This document shows, in pieces, positions 12,101-20,022 of a DNA stretch of 64,000 nt. This DNA comes from Candidatus Dojkabacteria bacterium (GTDB taxonomy: Bacteria; Patescibacteriota; Dojkabacteria; SC72; JAFGCJ01), in NCBI GenBank assembly GCA_016932785.1, contig JAFGCJ010000002.1:337777-401776 (forward strand), read 5' to 3'. The translations under genes were made by a program, and so were the position numbers. Within the stretch, counting starts at the first letter, position 1. Each line of letters opens with the position of its first letter. The notes below the pieces were generated by a model. The model made no database searches and was not told the DNA's origin. It worked only from the letters and a program-made list of their open reading frames with translations.

Positions 12101-13384
12101 TGGAAGAACATCGGTAATTGTTCGTACAACATTGCTACCTGAATCGAGTACCTCCAGCCTTGTATTGTCAGGATATTTCTCCTGCCAATCAAAATCTACT
12201 ACCGAGTCATCAAACTGGCCATCTTGATTTTGAGGAGAAATCCTCTCATTTGTTACAGAGACTCCACTCACCAAAGGAAATACTGAATCCTGAGTTGAAG
12301 ATACAGAGGAGCTCCATCCCCCAGTATTATAAAGACGATCCCGCGCACGAACACGATAATAATATTCCACATCATCAGTCAAAGAAGCAAAGGTATAGCT
12401 GTTTGTATCAACCCACCCAGATGAACCATCCGGCGATCCAAACGCTGGATCATCATCCATCTGAAAATTGTATTGAATTCCACCGATAAGATTATCCGAC
12501 CCGGCGGTGGAATTAACACCATTCTGAGTACCGGCCGTGAATTCAGGTTCCGAATTCATACTAACTCCAGTCGGTGCAGTAGTATCAACAACAAACGATC
12601 TCCATCCTGTATAGGTACTACATTCATCAGTTGTATCACAGTTCCTGGCACGCCAAGTCCAATGACCATCCGACAAAGTACGATTCCTGGTATACGTTTG
12701 GTCGTTTGAATTAAGAGTCTGATTGTAGTCGAGATTCCCACCTTCATTCTTTCTTACCTGAGATTCAAGTCTGATCCACTGATAGAAGTCAGGATCAAAA
12801 GACCGAGTAACAAAATCCACACTGCACCCCTGTCCTGTCCCAGAAGTATTACAGGTAACTCCGCTATATGCGGCATTATTTCTAGGACCCATCTCCCAAA
12901 GGCTCTGCGGTCTAATCATACTCGGTTGATTGGGCGGCTGATTATAGTTCTCAGCAAAATCAGCAACTTCAAGAATCGAGAACCAGCTCGTATGCCAATG
13001 AACCCACGCTATGACCTCATGATTTGTTAGTGCTGCGGTATTAACATTATCACAGAATCTATAATAGTAGCCTCCAGGATAAACTATCCTATTCGTAGTC
13101 CAGCAACTCGCCGCCTCACTCCACTCGACCCAAGGTTCATATGTACCCCTTATATAACAGATGTTATCGCCAAAATCCGGTGAAAGCTCGCCACAATCAG
13201 GATAGTCAAGTGTTGAGTAAGCTTCTACTGGATTCAGCTTGGCTGAGCTAAGAAAAATACCTCCATATGATGTAAACAACATAACAAAAAGGAGAAACAA
13301 GACACGGAAACGACCCCAAAGCCTTTTAGAGGCTAACTTTCTAAGAAAAGGGGCAGATATAGTAATATAACTATGAGGTTTCAT
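6128..13384 (-). CDS. Giant secreted/anchored protein: FN3/Ig-like stalk, two FlgD-Ig-like modules, M23 peptidase, C-terminal zincin-like metallopeptidase
   Basis: N-terminal hydrophobic segment; repeated D(K/L)AGN...(I/V)DxxxP Ig motifs; WDGRD...DGxYT twice; M23 HGGVD/YWHL/HLHFG at ~7430-7860; THELAH plus DYASSYSYEDWAES at ~6200-6460. Confidence 0.85.
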   Translation of the reverse strand: MKPHSYITISAPFLRKLASKRLWGRFRVLFLLFVMLFTSYGGIFLSSAKLNPVEAYSTLDYPDCGELSPDFGDNICYIRGTYEPWVEWSEAASCWTTNRIVYPGGYYYRFCDNVNTAALTNHEVIAWVHWHTSWFSILEVADFAENYNQPPNQPSMIRPQSLWEMGPRNNAAYSGVTCNTSGTGQGCSVDFVTRSFDPDFYQWIRLESQVRKNEGGNLDYNQTLNSNDQTYTRNRTLSDGHWTWRARNCDTTDECSTYTGWRSFVVDTTAPTGVSMNSEPEFTAGTQNGVNSTAGSDNLIGGIQYNFQMDDDPAFGSPDGSSGWVDTNSYTFASLTDDVEYYYRVRARDRLYNTGGWSSSVSSTQDSVFPLVSGVSVTNERISPQNQDGQFDDSVVDFDWQEKYPDNTRLEVLDSGSNVVRTITDVLPAGSETPVSHQFVWDGRDNSSAFVPDGPYTLRLSVTDKAGNEEVDDSNVVIVDNIPADINISTPVSGSWFNDSDITINGQTEADAVASITNNQSSVQTALTLDGLGLFSYDDTLLLGANTFTFDVTDYVHNTNQVVVSYYQERSAPSIDSVSPDDLNNNRKPEVTVSLSDTGYDDGSNEYISGIDSDSLFISLTHPVNGELVLANDGVNTQPSLGNIQQTCDGPGNYGNSGAPSCTYKFVFTSDLTPDGDYTITTRASDVAGTSAIDSTEYFELDSNIQSDLVSPSEGNLFNYSKIQLTGTAEKNSQIDLSLPLGDLDGDGLVDSETFDVSDSVSNPSRVEVTSCHASGSPETDGIKEICDWSVVDFQLERDTVTPGNVTNQIQVDTKDNADVYPSTGLNTSSQSISVNVDLFAVTLSLNTDIEYFSPNGDGNQDGVNFTDISTNGQIDTYELEIKDSDGNVVRSFTAGGTPPNSIPWDGRDTGGNFVGDGTYTYQLKVLTTDGINFETTPASLYAATELSDSVVITYPKNDSYSSRGVINVQGQAPLSLVSTNTGTDSMLEVKICVDTMAISGECDTEYYTTVDDNGFFSTIVMLPRVNSQDEHYITATALDKYGNETPPSNQVKVTTTSNPPFENVEIIPALTGTNDPAAYQAILDKLDNGEDITQADIDALRYVIMRSTVYQGTERVRLSFADHSMVDVLPSSTDWNNIGYITGDNVTKLYKIFVDGTTPYTACNSTTCTWDFYYPLPSSLQGLYEVKFEGKLDVEVQSLTAGFTVDGNIPLTPIILDIDKVVGGIVSNTNYYNDIFYSNSKLIQIKGASDPGALIEVKDNSGNTICSTTASAVGIWNCNVDVSTVPDYSSPDTSVYTIPLDVFATLGLNTSQSIDPKTVVIDKIDPQIDQVNTSNQWRRSGSVVDLNVLANESLSYAISIDKQEASDPDQCINSSATYEIYGSNLRSSDRGDLPFWETSRSKKFLQGFLASPLPIQTGAIDDLIVASDDLSQANGSFVLSGNAVEGRYCTTVEVSDLAGNSVREGQVFFVDNTSPNTPNIDTSDWGNYNGINTKPGYIAEGRLVPEFVHEENQIKVKGWSEENTNMEFYVDAKLVSTTDLVTGECAQSLASDKIADTVNVQDKDVCAYSFNYPLTKNGKDYVFQIKSVDRAGNKSIISEDEVVYYDNKRPINPEVIRTKSVSYDPTPEWRMGNQASVTKDLSINLVTHAESLSDLEFTAFGPQSFSRYIFTQTPGNQVKDQNVPLGSSSDERSGCVNMIGTRRTGVCQDGNYTVQIISTDAAGNASGLTKHTIERDTVRPEEPVIYLDKRGAIGEEYLTLSVKGEAGATAEIHVSSRYYSRVLNANLDNHGRYSTSNLIGRITCGDVLYTATVKVVDRAKNKSDSVSDSVRSGDCPACYTPGGEYSHPVHSDKVVLTSGYRTASRPDHGGVDFALLGGPEVSWREPIYPMAPGTATKVKQQGGVKGGSPNYVDVTHDNGIVSTYWHLDNDSPSVVGLGERLDNVGEKLGHMGNTGNVWSSLSGDKAGTHLHFGVYVNGKDVNPGAYIGGGSNVVCDGVPSSGGKPASATAPSGNYKDKWAGKDGNSLGKPWVNLEVTKKEGGDFDIKVKDYYIPAPEITYVTTKYNGSKAVLNGVAVYKHRKADFEVKYKSFFGKSCFIFCSNVYTDEETIKFEDELDHVGLNFREDRPWKKDQDVGWIWNDSSDGRWEKDLELDNKDKHDLNVGDKIFTQTKIWDTTKFHTNADGDVEISFTSGDEPLISDRSNTVEIKEDKKGNIGDKYGIDLVDGAGSWTDKELEWINSLLGSLPSNLYDHGHVNEFVREASHASAAASYDYTGTKNVYVYDGAMNFSGFTRYGNINQEEGYKIVITHELAHSYEEYDKASNSAKLLSEFSKISWIENMSVIYESWAIDSKAKPTTVDYTSKSITLEDFVTDYASSYSYEDWAESVAVFQFKKGTFSGGTQKLEDKEKIVDKKF

Positions 13385-13474
13385 AGGTCACTACTAAGAT
13401 ATTTATCGAAATTATACCAGAACGAAGTAATAAGATCGAATTTGGGAAGGGTACTATCCCCTAAGTATGGTTTC

Positions 13475-13927
13475 TTAGAACTTTTCGTCAGGTGTAAAGC
13501 CTTCCACAAAATCAGGCATATGTTTACTCCGGTCAAGATATTCCTCTAGAGTATTGGTCTTTCTTCTTAACTCTTCCTCTCTCCCAAGCGTCATTATACT
13601 ATCACCTGATGCTATACCTGCACTATCAGACTCTTCCAAATCCTCAAAGACCTTCACCTCCAATAGCGGTCCGCACCCAGCACTCCAGTTTTCAAGTTTA
13701 TGCACCCATACATCAGTCATTCTTTTACCATCTAGATTCCAAACAAAGACAATGTGATACCTGCCTTCTGCTAAATTGTTCTTAGAATATAATTTCTCGA
13801 GGTGTTGCTTAATATCATCTTCATCCGCGAAAATATCTCTTATGGGATTCTCATCCTTAACCGGATACACTATTAAATCCACAGATCCAATTTTGAAGCT
13901 AAAAGGAATATATTGTCCAGGTTTCAT
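13475..13927 (-). CDS. Hypothetical protein
   Basis: 150-aa ATG ORF with protein-like composition; no family recognised. Confidence 0.6.
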   Translation of the reverse strand: MKPGQYIPFSFKIGSVDLIVYPVKDENPIRDIFADEDDIKQHLEKLYSKNNLAEGRYHIVFVWNLDGKRMTDVWVHKLENWSAGCGPLLEVKVFEDLEESDSAGIASGDSIMTLGREEELRRKTNTLEEYLDRSKHMPDFVEGFTPDEKF

Positions 13928-14000
13928 AATAAAGATTTGATAATTTATCAGATCTTTAATAATTGTATCATATGGACTTCATCCTACACTCACTATTTTC

Positions 14001-14936
14001 TCACTTACTGCCTAGCGTGACTAAGTTTCTTGGCTTCCCCTTGATACAGGAGATTATAGTTTCAGTCCAGTCATTAATATTGTTTTCAAGTGACCTATCA
14101 GTATACCAAGCAAGAGGCGCCGTAATAAAAACATTACCTTTAACATCAGCCATTTTAATTTCCGCACTCTCAAAGGCTAGACCTCCAAGTTTACTCTTAC
14201 CTACTCGTTTTAATAGGTATTCTTTATCCCAAATTTCATCACTTACGATACTAACAAAGTATGAGTTACTTTTTAAATTTTCCAACATTTTTTTATCAAG
14301 TAAATTATGGGTCTCTTTCGACTCAATTACAGTAGGAAAGACAACATCGCATTTTTGCAGCAACGACTTCAAACTCAAGTACTTTTCATTTACCTTCTTC
14401 TTGCGTCTTGACCAATAATAAGTCTTCATCCCTAAACCATCAGCTAGCTTTATAATTCTTTTTCCAATATGACCTAGCCCTATAACCCCGACACTTTTAG
14501 AAGTAAGTTCATTCATAAGCGTTTCATCAGTAAATTCGTACTTGAAGTCATTCTTCAATTGAATAGGAAATCTTTTGAAAAGTGAAATCATCATGTAGAT
14601 GGCATACTCAGCAACAGCATTAGTTGAATAATATGGAACATTTGTAACCTTTACTCCTTCCGATTTACAGAAATCTAAATCCAAGAAACCATAGCTAGTA
14701 GTGACTAGACATATATACTTAACACTGTTCAAACTTTTATAGAACTCAGCTGGAATCTTCCAATCAAAAGGTACCGGGGATAACGCAACTATTTTATCAT
14801 TCTCATTACTAAGCCTATCTAGTTTACTAAGCTCAATCCTTTCATCATTTATCCACTCAACATGAGAGTATTTTTCAAGCCTATTTAGGCTTTGCTTGTT
14901 ATACTCTTCCTTTGTTGAGATTATTACAACGTTCAT
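14001..14936 (-). CDS. D-isomer 2-hydroxyacid dehydrogenase family protein, catalytic residues degenerate
   Basis: VTNVPYYSTNAVAEYA and Rossmann VGVIGLGHIG; catalytic Arg and His positions substituted. Confidence 0.8.
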   Translation of the reverse strand: MNVVIISTKEEYNKQSLNRLEKYSHVEWINDERIELSKLDRLSNENDKIVALSPVPFDWKIPAEFYKSLNSVKYICLVTTSYGFLDLDFCKSEGVKVTNVPYYSTNAVAEYAIYMMISLFKRFPIQLKNDFKYEFTDETLMNELTSKSVGVIGLGHIGKRIIKLADGLGMKTYYWSRRKKKVNEKYLSLKSLLQKCDVVFPTVIESKETHNLLDKKMLENLKSNSYFVSIVSDEIWDKEYLLKRVGKSKLGGLAFESAEIKMADVKGNVFITAPLAWYTDRSLENNINDWTETIISCIKGKPRNLVTLGSK

Positions 14937-15003
14937 TTAATACAATTATATTGCTGGTAACTCAGGAAGTAAATGAGGAATGACTGTTACTATGGAATTA
15001 AAA

Positions 15004-15076
15004 TGAGCCCGCAGGGAGTCGAACCCTGAACCTAGCGGTTAAGAGCCGCTTGCTCTGCCAGTTGAGCTACGGGCCC
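15004..15076 (-). tRNA. tRNA-Lys(CTT)
   Basis: GGGCCCGTAGCTCAACTGGCAGAGC...AGCGG-CTCTTAA-CCGCT...GGTTCGACTCC...GGGCTCA; CCA not encoded. Confidence 0.95.
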
Positions 15077-15209
15077 AAAAATAAGCATCATCAAAGAACA
15101 CCTTCTAAAACAGGCCTTATTATAATCGCAAACAACAAAAATCTCAAAGGCTAAAACCCCGGGAAAAACGACCCCAACATCAACGACCGACTGCAACACC
15201 CGACAGATC

Positions 15210-17495
15210 CTATTGAGGCACCTCTTCCTCGTCGGTATCTGAATTAACGGCATCATTTGATTCTCCGTTATCAGAATTTTCCTCAACATTTTCCTGAGGA
15301 AATTCTATGTCTTCACTTCCTTCAGGAGTTACTTCTTGCCCTTCCCCCAAAGAGTTTAGAGCATTAAGAACCTGAGTATAAGCATCCGATTCACCTAGCC
15401 CATTTGAATCCAGTATGTTCAGAATTATCTGCAGTTGTTCTCTTGCTCCAGAAACATTCCCCATCTTCTGATACTGCACAGCAAGATCATACCTTGCGTC
15501 CAGTAGAAGCGGTTGGAGAGTCAAAGCCCTCTTCAGTTCATCAAGAGATTCTTCTCCATAACCAGCGAGAGACAGTATCACGCCCTTCTGATGATGCAGT
15601 TGAGGTTTATAAGGGTCATACTCAATCGCTCTATTGATAGATGCCAACGCAGCATCTCCGTAACCGCCATTAGTTATCTTAATTAACTCTTGATATATGT
15701 AAATCCTGGATTCCCAATTCCTTACATTGATAGGACTCAAGTCTGTTGCCTTTTTTCCACTTTCCAAAGCTACAGAAAGCATTGTCTTCATTTCATCCTG
15801 ATAGCTAGTTTCTTCGGATTCAGATTCCATGTTCGCATATTCCTTGAGAATATTTATAGCCATCACGGCATAATCTCTCCTATAACTATCGCGATATCCG
15901 ACAGTATCAATGGCCTTTCCTATTCCATTGAATACATCCGCCATTTTTTCGATCCTATCGTCTTCATCAGATTTTATCTTAGATGCTTCATACAGCGCAT
16001 TCTGATAATAAACCTCTCCCCTGTACATCCTGTATACCCAAATACCTCCACCGAGCAAAAGAACAACCGCAGGAACAAGCATGACATACGGAAGTATATC
16101 GTTCTCTTCTACAGCAATCTTTTCCTTCGACAATGAAAGACTGAGCTTTACTTTTTCAGCTAATCTCGGGTTGGAAAGAGCTCTTAAAGCAACTGTAAAC
16201 CCGAGCATCATCCAGAGCAGGTACCAAATATTTATTGTAAAAAAAACAAATAGACTAGATATTATCACAAGAAGTATAGAAGACGACAAAGATACAAGCA
16301 TTGTATTAAAAGGAAAAACATGATTCTCCTTGTATATTCGAACCAGCCATACAACAATCATAGTAAACAGAGCACCCCATGCAGCAAGGCCTAAAACACC
16401 TGTATTACCAAGTATTTCAAGGATCTGACTTGATGATCTCGAAAACCTCATGCTCCAATTATCAGTTTCGTTATACGATTCAGGTCTGTAACGAGTAAAG
16501 TCATACGCAAAGGTATCCGGACCACTTCCCAGTAGACCGTTACCTGCCGATTTCGAAAGGGTTTCGGTAGCAATTGACCATGAAACATCATACTGTAAAC
16601 GAGGCTGATTTATGTAATCGTCGTCTCCTAACACCAAGGCATTAGAAACAGTATCCACATTCCTCACAATGAAAACCAAGACAACAAAGACCAAAATGGG
16701 AAGTAAAAACCTCACGGAGGACTTCGCAAATGATCCTGCGCTCATCAAAACCAGCACAACAGAAGCAATTAGTAAGCTCCACAGGAGTGCCCCAGGCCAG
16801 CTCCAGAAATTACCCGTCGAAATAATGAACCCACACAAATTGAACATTAGAGTGATTAGAGCAAATATAGAAGATGTAAGATTTTTTGTTTTTGATATAA
16901 GAAGACCAAAACCCACAGGTATCAATATCAAAAAGAAAAACGGAAGAACCTGATCTGAACCTACGGACGAGAAACTTCTTATTTCTGAAAATTCGTATCT
17001 TTCAAATGCAGAAAAAATATAGATGCCGAAATACTGAAGAGTCGAAATAAGACCGACCAAGGCACCCGAGATTGTTAAACCCCACATAAATAGTTCTACA
17101 ACCCTTTTAGTTTTTACAACATGCCGCAGGACAATCGTGAGCATCAGCATGAAAAAAAGTACAACAACACCCTCACTCATCCTCCCTGAAAATCCAATAA
17201 GACTGGTTATCTTATCCTCTGAAAAAACAAACGACAACAAAACCGAGGCAAAAATTGCTATAAGTCCAACATCAAAACTTGTTTTCCAAAAGCTCAGCTG
17301 CCCTTTAAAAGATATATTGACCAGCCACGCGACAAGAATAATGAGCATAAACGAAATAAATAGCATCGACTTGTTAAATTCGTAGAACTCAGAAGTGAAA
17401 GGAAGAAACATAACAGGCAAAAGCAGGGTCATAACAAAAACCCCATATTGAGTGATGTAATCAGTCACTTTTAATATTCGCGATCGCAACTCCAT
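15210..17495 (-). CDS. O-antigen ligase/oligosaccharyltransferase-like polytopic membrane protein with C-terminal TPRs
   Basis: Many TM helices; LLGSGPDTFAYDFTRYRP loop motif typical of Wzy_C; TPR-like helices (AIEYDPYKP, ALTLQP). Confidence 0.75.
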   Translation of the reverse strand: MELRSRILKVTDYITQYGVFVMTLLLPVMFLPFTSEFYEFNKSMLFISFMLIILVAWLVNISFKGQLSFWKTSFDVGLIAIFASVLLSFVFSEDKITSLIGFSGRMSEGVVVLFFMLMLTIVLRHVVKTKRVVELFMWGLTISGALVGLISTLQYFGIYIFSAFERYEFSEIRSFSSVGSDQVLPFFFLILIPVGFGLLISKTKNLTSSIFALITLMFNLCGFIISTGNFWSWPGALLWSLLIASVVLVLMSAGSFAKSSVRFLLPILVFVVLVFIVRNVDTVSNALVLGDDDYINQPRLQYDVSWSIATETLSKSAGNGLLGSGPDTFAYDFTRYRPESYNETDNWSMRFSRSSSQILEILGNTGVLGLAAWGALFTMIVVWLVRIYKENHVFPFNTMLVSLSSSILLVIISSLFVFFTINIWYLLWMMLGFTVALRALSNPRLAEKVKLSLSLSKEKIAVEENDILPYVMLVPAVVLLLGGGIWVYRMYRGEVYYQNALYEASKIKSDEDDRIEKMADVFNGIGKAIDTVGYRDSYRRDYAVMAINILKEYANMESESEETSYQDEMKTMLSVALESGKKATDLSPINVRNWESRIYIYQELIKITNGGYGDAALASINRAIEYDPYKPQLHHQKGVILSLAGYGEESLDELKRALTLQPLLLDARYDLAVQYQKMGNVSGAREQLQIILNILDSNGLGESDAYTQVLNALNSLGEGQEVTPEGSEDIEFPQENVEENSDNGESNDAVNSDTDEEEVPQ

Positions 17496-17666
17496 AGGGA
17501 TAATCAGATAAATTTAAAATTTCTCTTCGAAAAACACTAGTCATAATAGAAAATTCTATAAGACCCAAAACGCTTTTCTAATAGCTTTTTTTGTTGTAAA
17601 AACGATCATACACACCACATAAAGGCAAGTCAAGACACATTGAATGAATTACAGTAATCGCCTAAA

Positions 17667-18194
17667 CTATATATTGTTTAATATCTTTTCAACGTATTTT
17701 CTCAGCCTTGATAAGTCTGAGCCTTTTTCCAACATTGTCTCTATATCAGATTTCTTTTGCGGCGAAATAAATCCCAGATCATAAATAACATCTACGACAA
17801 AACAACCGGTAGTCTCAGCTGAATGCTCAGACTGAATGTAAGCCTTCCACAAATCGAAGATTCTTCTATAGCTTATTCCTTCGGCAAGAAATCTGTCCAC
17901 AACCATTCCGGCAAGACCAACTCTCTCAAACTCCTCCGTGGACATTTGGTCGGAATCCAGAGAGAAAAATTCTTCGGCCTCAACAAGTATATCAATATTT
18001 TTTCCCTCGGCACACGACACTCTGCAAAGATTAAAAGTTTCAAGATGTCCCCTCTTCCTACTTTTGGCAAGACGGATACCTTTGGCTACAACTGTAAACC
18101 GCCCTCTTTTTCTTCCAAACAGGGTTACAAGTTTATCACTCTCGCCAAGATCTCTTGATTTGATTACTGCAACTTCGTCTCTATATACAGCCAC
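17667..18194 (-). CDS. recO: DNA repair protein RecO (short)
   Basis: VIKSRDLGESDKLVTLFGRKRGRFTVVAKGIRLAKSR. Confidence 0.85.
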   Translation of the reverse strand: MAVYRDEVAVIKSRDLGESDKLVTLFGRKRGRFTVVAKGIRLAKSRKRGHLETFNLCRVSCAEGKNIDILVEAEEFFSLDSDQMSTEEFERVGLAGMVVDRFLAEGISYRRIFDLWKAYIQSEHSAETTGCFVVDVIYDLGFISPQKKSDIETMLEKGSDLSRLRKYVEKILNNI

Positions 18195-18232
18195 TCAAAT
18201 AAATACAAGATCAAATTACATAGAAATTTATT

Positions 18233-18871
18233 CTACCAAGCACCAATTCTAAACAAAACAACGATTGGAGTCTTGATCAAAATTATTATATCCATAAGTA
18301 CTGTTCGTTCTCTGGCATATTCAGCATCCATCTTAAGCCTTTGTTTTATAGTCAATTCATTTCTGCCTGAAACCTGCCAAAGACCGGTAATTCCAGGTCT
18401 AACTGATGTTACAGTATTAACCAAGAACTCAAGATTCTCATCCTTCAACTTCATAAGTTCTTCAACATAATAGGGCCTCGGACCAATAATACTCATCTGT
18501 CCAATAATCACGTTCACAAGCTGAGGAATCTCATCTAAATCCCAACGCCTTAGAAACCGACCCACTGACGTAACCCTTGGATCCTCTTTAGAAGGCAACT
18601 TGCAATTCCTGCTGGAAAGTTTCTTCGCTATTTTTCTGTAACTTGGATTAGATTTCAACAAATTATGCGCCTGTGGAATCATAGAACGAAATTTATACAT
18701 CCTGAACCTTTTTCCCCCTTTTCCAACTCTCTCCGGATCATCCGAAAAAATAGGTCCACCCGTACCATCAAACAGAATTAAGACAGAAATAATAAACAGC
18801 AGAGGCAAAAGAACACAGAGAAGAATCACAGCTAAAATACAGTCGGAAATCCGCTTTACTAATTCATACAT
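18233..18871 (-). CDS. Priming sugar transferase (undecaprenyl-phosphate glycosylphosphotransferase domain)
   Basis: KFRSM, DPRVTSVGRFLRRWDLDEIPQLVNV, MSIIGPRP, PGITGLWQVSGRN. Confidence 0.95.
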   Translation of the reverse strand: MYELVKRISDCILAVILLCVLLPLLFIISVLILFDGTGGPIFSDDPERVGKGGKRFRMYKFRSMIPQAHNLLKSNPSYRKIAKKLSSRNCKLPSKEDPRVTSVGRFLRRWDLDEIPQLVNVIIGQMSIIGPRPYYVEELMKLKDENLEFLVNTVTSVRPGITGLWQVSGRNELTIKQRLKMDAEYARERTVLMDIIILIKTPIVVLFRIGAW

Positions 18872-18882
18872 TGAACTTTCGA

Positions 18883-20022
18883 TTAAATATTTTCAGAAAT
18901 GTAACTAAGAATTCTTTTAACAAATCTATCTCTGCTGAAATTGGTAGCTCTTTCTCTCACTTTTTCCAGATCGAATTTTTCTAAATCAAAGCTTTTCAAG
19001 ACTTCAGACAGGGCATCAACCGAAAATTCGTCTATCAGGATCCCAGTCTCATTATTAACAACAGATTCCGTTACCCCACCGGAATTAAAGGCGATTACTG
19101 GAGTACCAAGAGCCATGGATTCAATGGGTACTATGCCGAAGTCCTCGTCTGGACATGGAAAGATGAAAGCCCTGGCAGCAGCAACCACTTTGTTTCTCTC
19201 ATTATCAGAAACTCTTCCAAGAAATTCTATGTTACTAGATATGCCAGATTCATCAGCAACTTTCTCAAGATACTTACGATAGCTTCCATCACCTATGATC
19301 TTCAATTTTTTCCCAGCTTTACTACATGCCTTGATAGCCATATCTACACGTTTATACTCCTCCAGCCTACCGAAATACACATAGTAATCCTGTTTTGGTT
19401 CACTAATCTCAAGCAATTTTTCAACCTCAACTGGAGGATATATAACTGCAGAATCCCTTTTGTAAAATTTCTTAACTCGAGATTGAGTTACTTTAGAGTT
19501 ACAGATTAATTTGTCAGGTCTGTCAGCCGTCTGTCTATCCCAAATCCTCCAGAAATGCTCCAAGGGAGGAAGTATTACCTTCTTATACAGAAATCCCAGA
19601 CGCCCATGAGTTGCCGTTGGAAGTCCCCAAAGAAACCGGGGAATATTATGAATGTAAGAAAAGTGCCTGCAGTCAGTAGGAACAACTACACCCTTGGCAT
19701 AACCAGAAAATGTCGAGCTAATAACCAAATCATAATCATCGAATTTGAATTGTTCTACAGCAAATTGGTAGAACAATTTATATTGATGTTCCAATTTTTT
19801 CCTAAAAGGAAGTTTGGCCACAAAAGATGTTCTTATATCCCAATTATCTAACCGAGGTTCAAAACTTTCTGGAAAATAAGTTACAGTATAAACAGGCGCT
19901 TTAGGCCAAATCTCATGAAACACACGAAGTACCCTCTCAGCACCACCATCTTCCGTAAGAAAATCATGTACCAAGGCAACTCTCAGATCTTTAATTTTCT
20001 GAAATTTTGTTAATTCCTTCAT
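18883..20022 (-). CDS. Glycosyltransferase family 4
   Basis: VALVHDFLTEDGGAERV; EDFGIVPIESMALGTPVIA. Confidence 0.95.
   Translation of the reverse strand: MKELTKFQKIKDLRVALVHDFLTEDGGAERVLRVFHEIWPKAPVYTVTYFPESFEPRLDNWDIRTSFVAKLPFRKKLEHQYKLFYQFAVEQFKFDDYDLVISSTFSGYAKGVVVPTDCRHFSYIHNIPRFLWGLPTATHGRLGFLYKKVILPPLEHFWRIWDRQTADRPDKLICNSKVTQSRVKKFYKRDSAVIYPPVEVEKLLEISEPKQDYYVYFGRLEEYKRVDMAIKACSKAGKKLKIIGDGSYRKYLEKVADESGISSNIEFLGRVSDNERNKVVAAARAFIFPCPDEDFGIVPIESMALGTPVIAFNSGGVTESVVNNETGILIDEFSVDALSEVLKSFDLEKFDLEKVRERATNFSRDRFVKRILSYISENI

Noticed and set aside
15032..15289. 85-aa minus-strand ORF from the track
   Set aside because: Overlaps tRNA-Lys and the end of the upstream gene; shadow ORF
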